32,000 nt of DNA from Allobaculum fili. GTDB taxonomy: Bacteria; Bacillota_I; Bacilli_A; Erysipelotrichales; Erysipelotrichaceae. The stretch covers positions 60,001 to 92,000 of the forward strand of contig NZ_JAHDSX010000004.1 of NCBI RefSeq assembly GCF_020969955.1, read 5' to 3'. Position numbers and translations under genes: made by a program. Numbering within the stretch: the stretch's first letter is position 1; every line of letters begins with the position of its first letter. The notes under the pieces are model-generated. The model made no database searches. It saw only the letters and a list, made by a program, of their open reading frames with translations, and was not told where the DNA came from. Of the stretch, positions 29,338 through 32,000 are shown piece by piece.

Positions 29338-30601
29338 ACTGCTTGCTCCGGCCGGCAATCTTTCGAAAGCAAAAACCGCAATCCTTTATGGAGCCAACGC
29401 GGTCTATATCGGCGGCCAGTCGTTTTCTCTGCGCTCCAGGGCTTCGAACTTTTCTCTGGACCAGATCGCCGAGCTCTGTACGTTTGCCCACGATCACCAT
29501 TCGAAAGTGCATGTCACGGTCAATATCATTCCGCATCCGGACGATCTGCAGGGACTGGACGACTATTTGCGTGCGTTAAACGACGCGGGAATTGACGCGA
29601 TCATCAGCGCTTCGCCTACGATCATTACGCACGCGCTCCACATGGACGGCCGCCAGTTTGAAGTGCACATTTCCACGCAGCGCTCCATTCTCAATTCGGC
29701 TGCCGTTCGCTTCTGGAAAAGACAGGGCGTTGAACGTGTTGTCTTAGGACGCGAAACGAATCTGGACAGTATCGAGGCGATTTGTGCGCAGGACATTATG
29801 CCGATTGAAGTTTTCATTCACGGCGGCATGTGCATTTCCTATTCCGGGCGCTGCGTGCTATCCAATCATATGACGGACCGCGATGCCAACCGCGGCGGCT
29901 GCGCGCAGAGCTGTCGGTGGAAATACGAACTCTTTGACGAACAGAATGAAAAAATCAGCCGCGACGAAACCCCGTATTCGATGTCGAGCCGGGATTTGCA
30001 GGCAGCAAAATATATTGAACGCCTGATTCATGCGGGCGTCGCTTCGCTCAAAATCGAAGGACGCATGAAGTCGGATTACTACCTAGCCGTGGTGGTCGGG
30101 GCGTATCGCCGCCTGATCGATGCCATCGAAAGCGGACAGACGATTACGCAGGAATTTTTAGCCGAGATTTCCGCGGAACTGGCCCGGGCGGAAAATCGTC
30201 CGGCGGGTCCAGGCTTTTATAATGGACTGCCCGATCAGAACGTACAGCTGTATCGAAGACACGATGAATCGGTCACCCAGGAATACATTGGCTACGTTCT
30301 GGAAGAGCCAAGAGATGGCTGGATGAAAATTCAGGTCAAAAACCATTTCGAAGCCGGAACGCCGGTCGAACTGTTTGGACCGGGAATCGCTCCGTATCCG
30401 CAGACGATTGACGAAATCCAGACGCTCGACGGTCTGCCCAAGTCCGTATGTTCCCACCCGATGGAAATCGTACGAATTCGCTGGAATCAGCCCGCCAGAC
30501 CGGGAAGCATGATTCGCAAGCAGCGCTTATCGATGCCGGACAAACCGGAAACGGAAGCCAAAGACGGCAGCTGCGCCAAGCCAAATCCCCTGCGGGGGTA
30601 A
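29324..30601 (+). CDS. Peptidase U32 family protein (B. subtilis YrrO-like; family implicated in tRNA U34 5-hydroxylation)
   Basis: The 425-aa product starts with the canonical U32 N-terminus VELLAPAGNLSKAKTAILYGANAVYIGG. It also has SLKIEGRMK and a Cys-rich segment, GGMCISYSGRCVLSNHMTDRDANRGGCAQSCR. The RBS is AAAGGAGAAAAG. Confidence 0.88.
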   Translation: MEHVELLAPAGNLSKAKTAILYGANAVYIGGQSFSLRSRASNFSLDQIAELCTFAHDHHSKVHVTVNIIPHPDDLQGLDDYLRALNDAGIDAIISASPTIITHALHMDGRQFEVHISTQRSILNSAAVRFWKRQGVERVVLGRETNLDSIEAICAQDIMPIEVFIHGGMCISYSGRCVLSNHMTDRDANRGGCAQSCRWKYELFDEQNEKISRDETPYSMSSRDLQAAKYIERLIHAGVASLKIEGRMKSDYYLAVVVGAYRRLIDAIESGQTITQEFLAEISAELARAENRPAGPGFYNGLPDQNVQLYRRHDESVTQEYIGYVLEEPRDGWMKIQVKNHFEAGTPVELFGPGIAPYPQTIDEIQTLDGLPKSVCSHPMEIVRIRWNQPARPGSMIRKQRLSMPDKPETEAKDGSCAKPNPLRG

Positions 30602-30665
30602 TGTGCTCGATTCTTTTTATAATTTGATAAATCCTTTGTTCGTCTTTTCATAAAGGAAAAGATCA

Positions 30666-30683
30666 GGCCGCTTTCGGTTTTTT
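30666..30683 (+). terminator. Weak candidate terminator after the U32 pair
   Basis: A short GCCG/CGGT stem is followed by a T6 run. An AT-rich hairpin, TCTTTTC/GAAAAGA, lies just upstream. Confidence 0.3.
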
Positions 30684-30867
30684 GGCTCTTTCTCTTTTCT
30701 TTTTTGAAGAGTCAGAGGCTAAGAAAGATTCGATTTTAAACCGGTTTATGAAAAAATGCAGCCCGCACCCGCACAGGACGAGCAAATTTCGATAGACTGA
30801 ACAGGCAGACGATTTCAGGATCGCATTAGAAGAAAGGAAAGTCTGCCTGAAAAGATCCTGAACAAAT

Positions 30868-32000
30868 ATGAAATTATCCAACAGCTATTTCTTTACTCTG
30901 CGTGAAAACGTGAAAGATGAAGATTCCGTATCGTCCAATCTTCTCGCCCGCGCAGGGATGATCAAGAAACTTTCCAATGGTATCTATATTATTCTGCCGA
31001 TGGGAAAACGCGTTCTTGCCAAAATTGAAAATGTAGTCCGTGAAGAGATGGACAGCCATGGCGCGCAGGAACTGCTCATGCCGGCGCTGATCCCGGAGGA
31101 CGTTTATGTTTCCAGCGGACGCCGCGAGGCATTTGGCGCGAACATGTTTGCCCTGAAAGACCGTTATGACAAAAAATACGTGCTTGGTCCTACGCATGAA
31201 GAACTGTTTGCGATGTGCGCAGCGATGGACGGCAAGTCCTGGAAAGATTTCCCGTACAACCTGTACCAGATCCAGACCAAATACCGCGATGAAACCAGAC
31301 CGCGCTACGGTCTGATCCGTGTGCGTGAGTTTATCATGAAGGACGCCTATTCGTTCGATAAGGATCTCGAAGGTCTGGACGTTTCTTATGCCAATATGTA
31401 CGACGCCTACTGCAAAATTTTCGACCGTCTGGATCTGAACTACAAAATCGTTAAGGCCGATACCGGTCTGATGGGCGGTCTGCTTTCGGAAGAATATCAG
31501 GCGATTTCCAGCATCGGCGAAGATATTGTTGTCGGATGCGAAAGCTGCGATTTCTCCAGCAACGAAGAAATTACCGAAGTCATCGATACGATGGAAGACG
31601 ATCCGGCTGAAGAGCTCGAAATGGAAAAGATCTATACCCCGAATGCGGGTACGATCGAAGAAGTCAGCACATTCCTGGGCAAGAGACCGGAAGACTTCAT
31701 TAAAACGCTCATTTACAACGCAGACGGCAATCTGGTTGCTTTCGTTCTCCCGGGCGACCGCGAACTGAATGAGACCAAAGCCGGCAAGCTTCTTGGCGCG
31801 ATCGAACTGAATCTGGCTACTCCGGAAGAAGTTAAGGCAGCTACCGGGGCACGCATCGGCTTTGCAGGTCCTGTCGGCCTGAACCTGCCGATTTACATGG
31901 ATCGTCAGGTTGCCCATTACAAAAACTTCATCGTCGGCGCCAACGAAGACGACTACCACTTCAAAAACGTCAACCTTTCCCAGTTCACACCGACGGCGGT
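30868..32000 (+). CDS. proS: Proline--tRNA ligase, N-terminal ~377 codons; the gene continues beyond the window end
   Basis: Manual translation from the ATG at 30868 gives MKLSNSYFFTLRENVKDEDSVSSNLLARAGMIKKLSNGIYIILPMGKRVLAKIENVVREEMDSHGAQELLMPALIP...LGPTHEE...QTKYRDETRPRYGLIRVREF. These are class II aaRS motifs 1/2 of bacterial ProRS. The frame is open to the window end, so it is absent from the ORF track. Confidence 0.92.
   Translation, partial: MKLSNSYFFTLRENVKDEDSVSSNLLARAGMIKKLSNGIYIILPMGKRVLAKIENVVREEMDSHGAQELLMPALIPEDVYVSSGRREAFGANMFALKDRYDKKYVLGPTHEELFAMCAAMDGKSWKDFPYNLYQIQTKYRDETRPRYGLIRVREFIMKDAYSFDKDLEGLDVSYANMYDAYCKIFDRLDLNYKIVKADTGLMGGLLSEEYQAISSIGEDIVVGCESCDFSSNEEITEVIDTMEDDPAEELEMEKIYTPNAGTIEEVSTFLGKRPEDFIKTLIYNADGNLVAFVLPGDRELNETKAGKLLGAIELNLATPEEVKAATGARIGFAGPVGLNLPIYMDRQVAHYKNFIVGANEDDYHFKNVNLSQFTPTA

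Noticed and set aside
30602-30867. Expected T-box riboswitch upstream of proS
   Set aside because: No T-box sequence (…GGTGGTACCGCG…), AG-bulge or GA-motif arrangement and no terminator/antiterminator pair could be found. Only the interleaved 9-nt complementarities are reported as a finding.

Overview
The window looks like a chromosomal segment from a Gram-positive-type anaerobe, probably a gut Bacillota. This is inferred from AGGAGG-type RBSs, a lipobox lipoprotein, FIVAR/Big_2/discoidin modules on a secreted enzyme, and PFOR. GC content is about 50%. Most of the window is housekeeping: typA (partial), an esterase, a NifU-like protein, a divergent PAP2 protein, pgi, nifJ/PFOR, a thioredoxin-like lipoprotein, a U32 peptidase-family pair (yrrN/yrrO-like) and proS (partial). 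The accessory content falls into three parts. (1) A complete IS3-family element (9379-11016) sits exactly at the truncated 3' end of a CASTOR/POLLUX-like ion-channel gene. On its other side it abuts a truncated second IS3-family element, and there is no target-site duplication. (2) A glycan-utilisation cluster contains a 1966-aa secreted multi-domain GH31 enzyme, a GH2 beta-galactosidase with an unusual ~230-aa acidic C-terminal tail, and galM. (3) A monocistronic 796-aa orphan protein has no motif I can recognise. I found no tRNA, rRNA or CRISPR array and no recognisable defence, toxin or biosynthetic multi-gene system. The orphan protein, the atypical GH31 architecture and a few untranslated regions are the most plausible places for undescribed biology, and all of these are hypotheses. 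The very long antisense ORFs in the track are codon-usage mirror artefacts.
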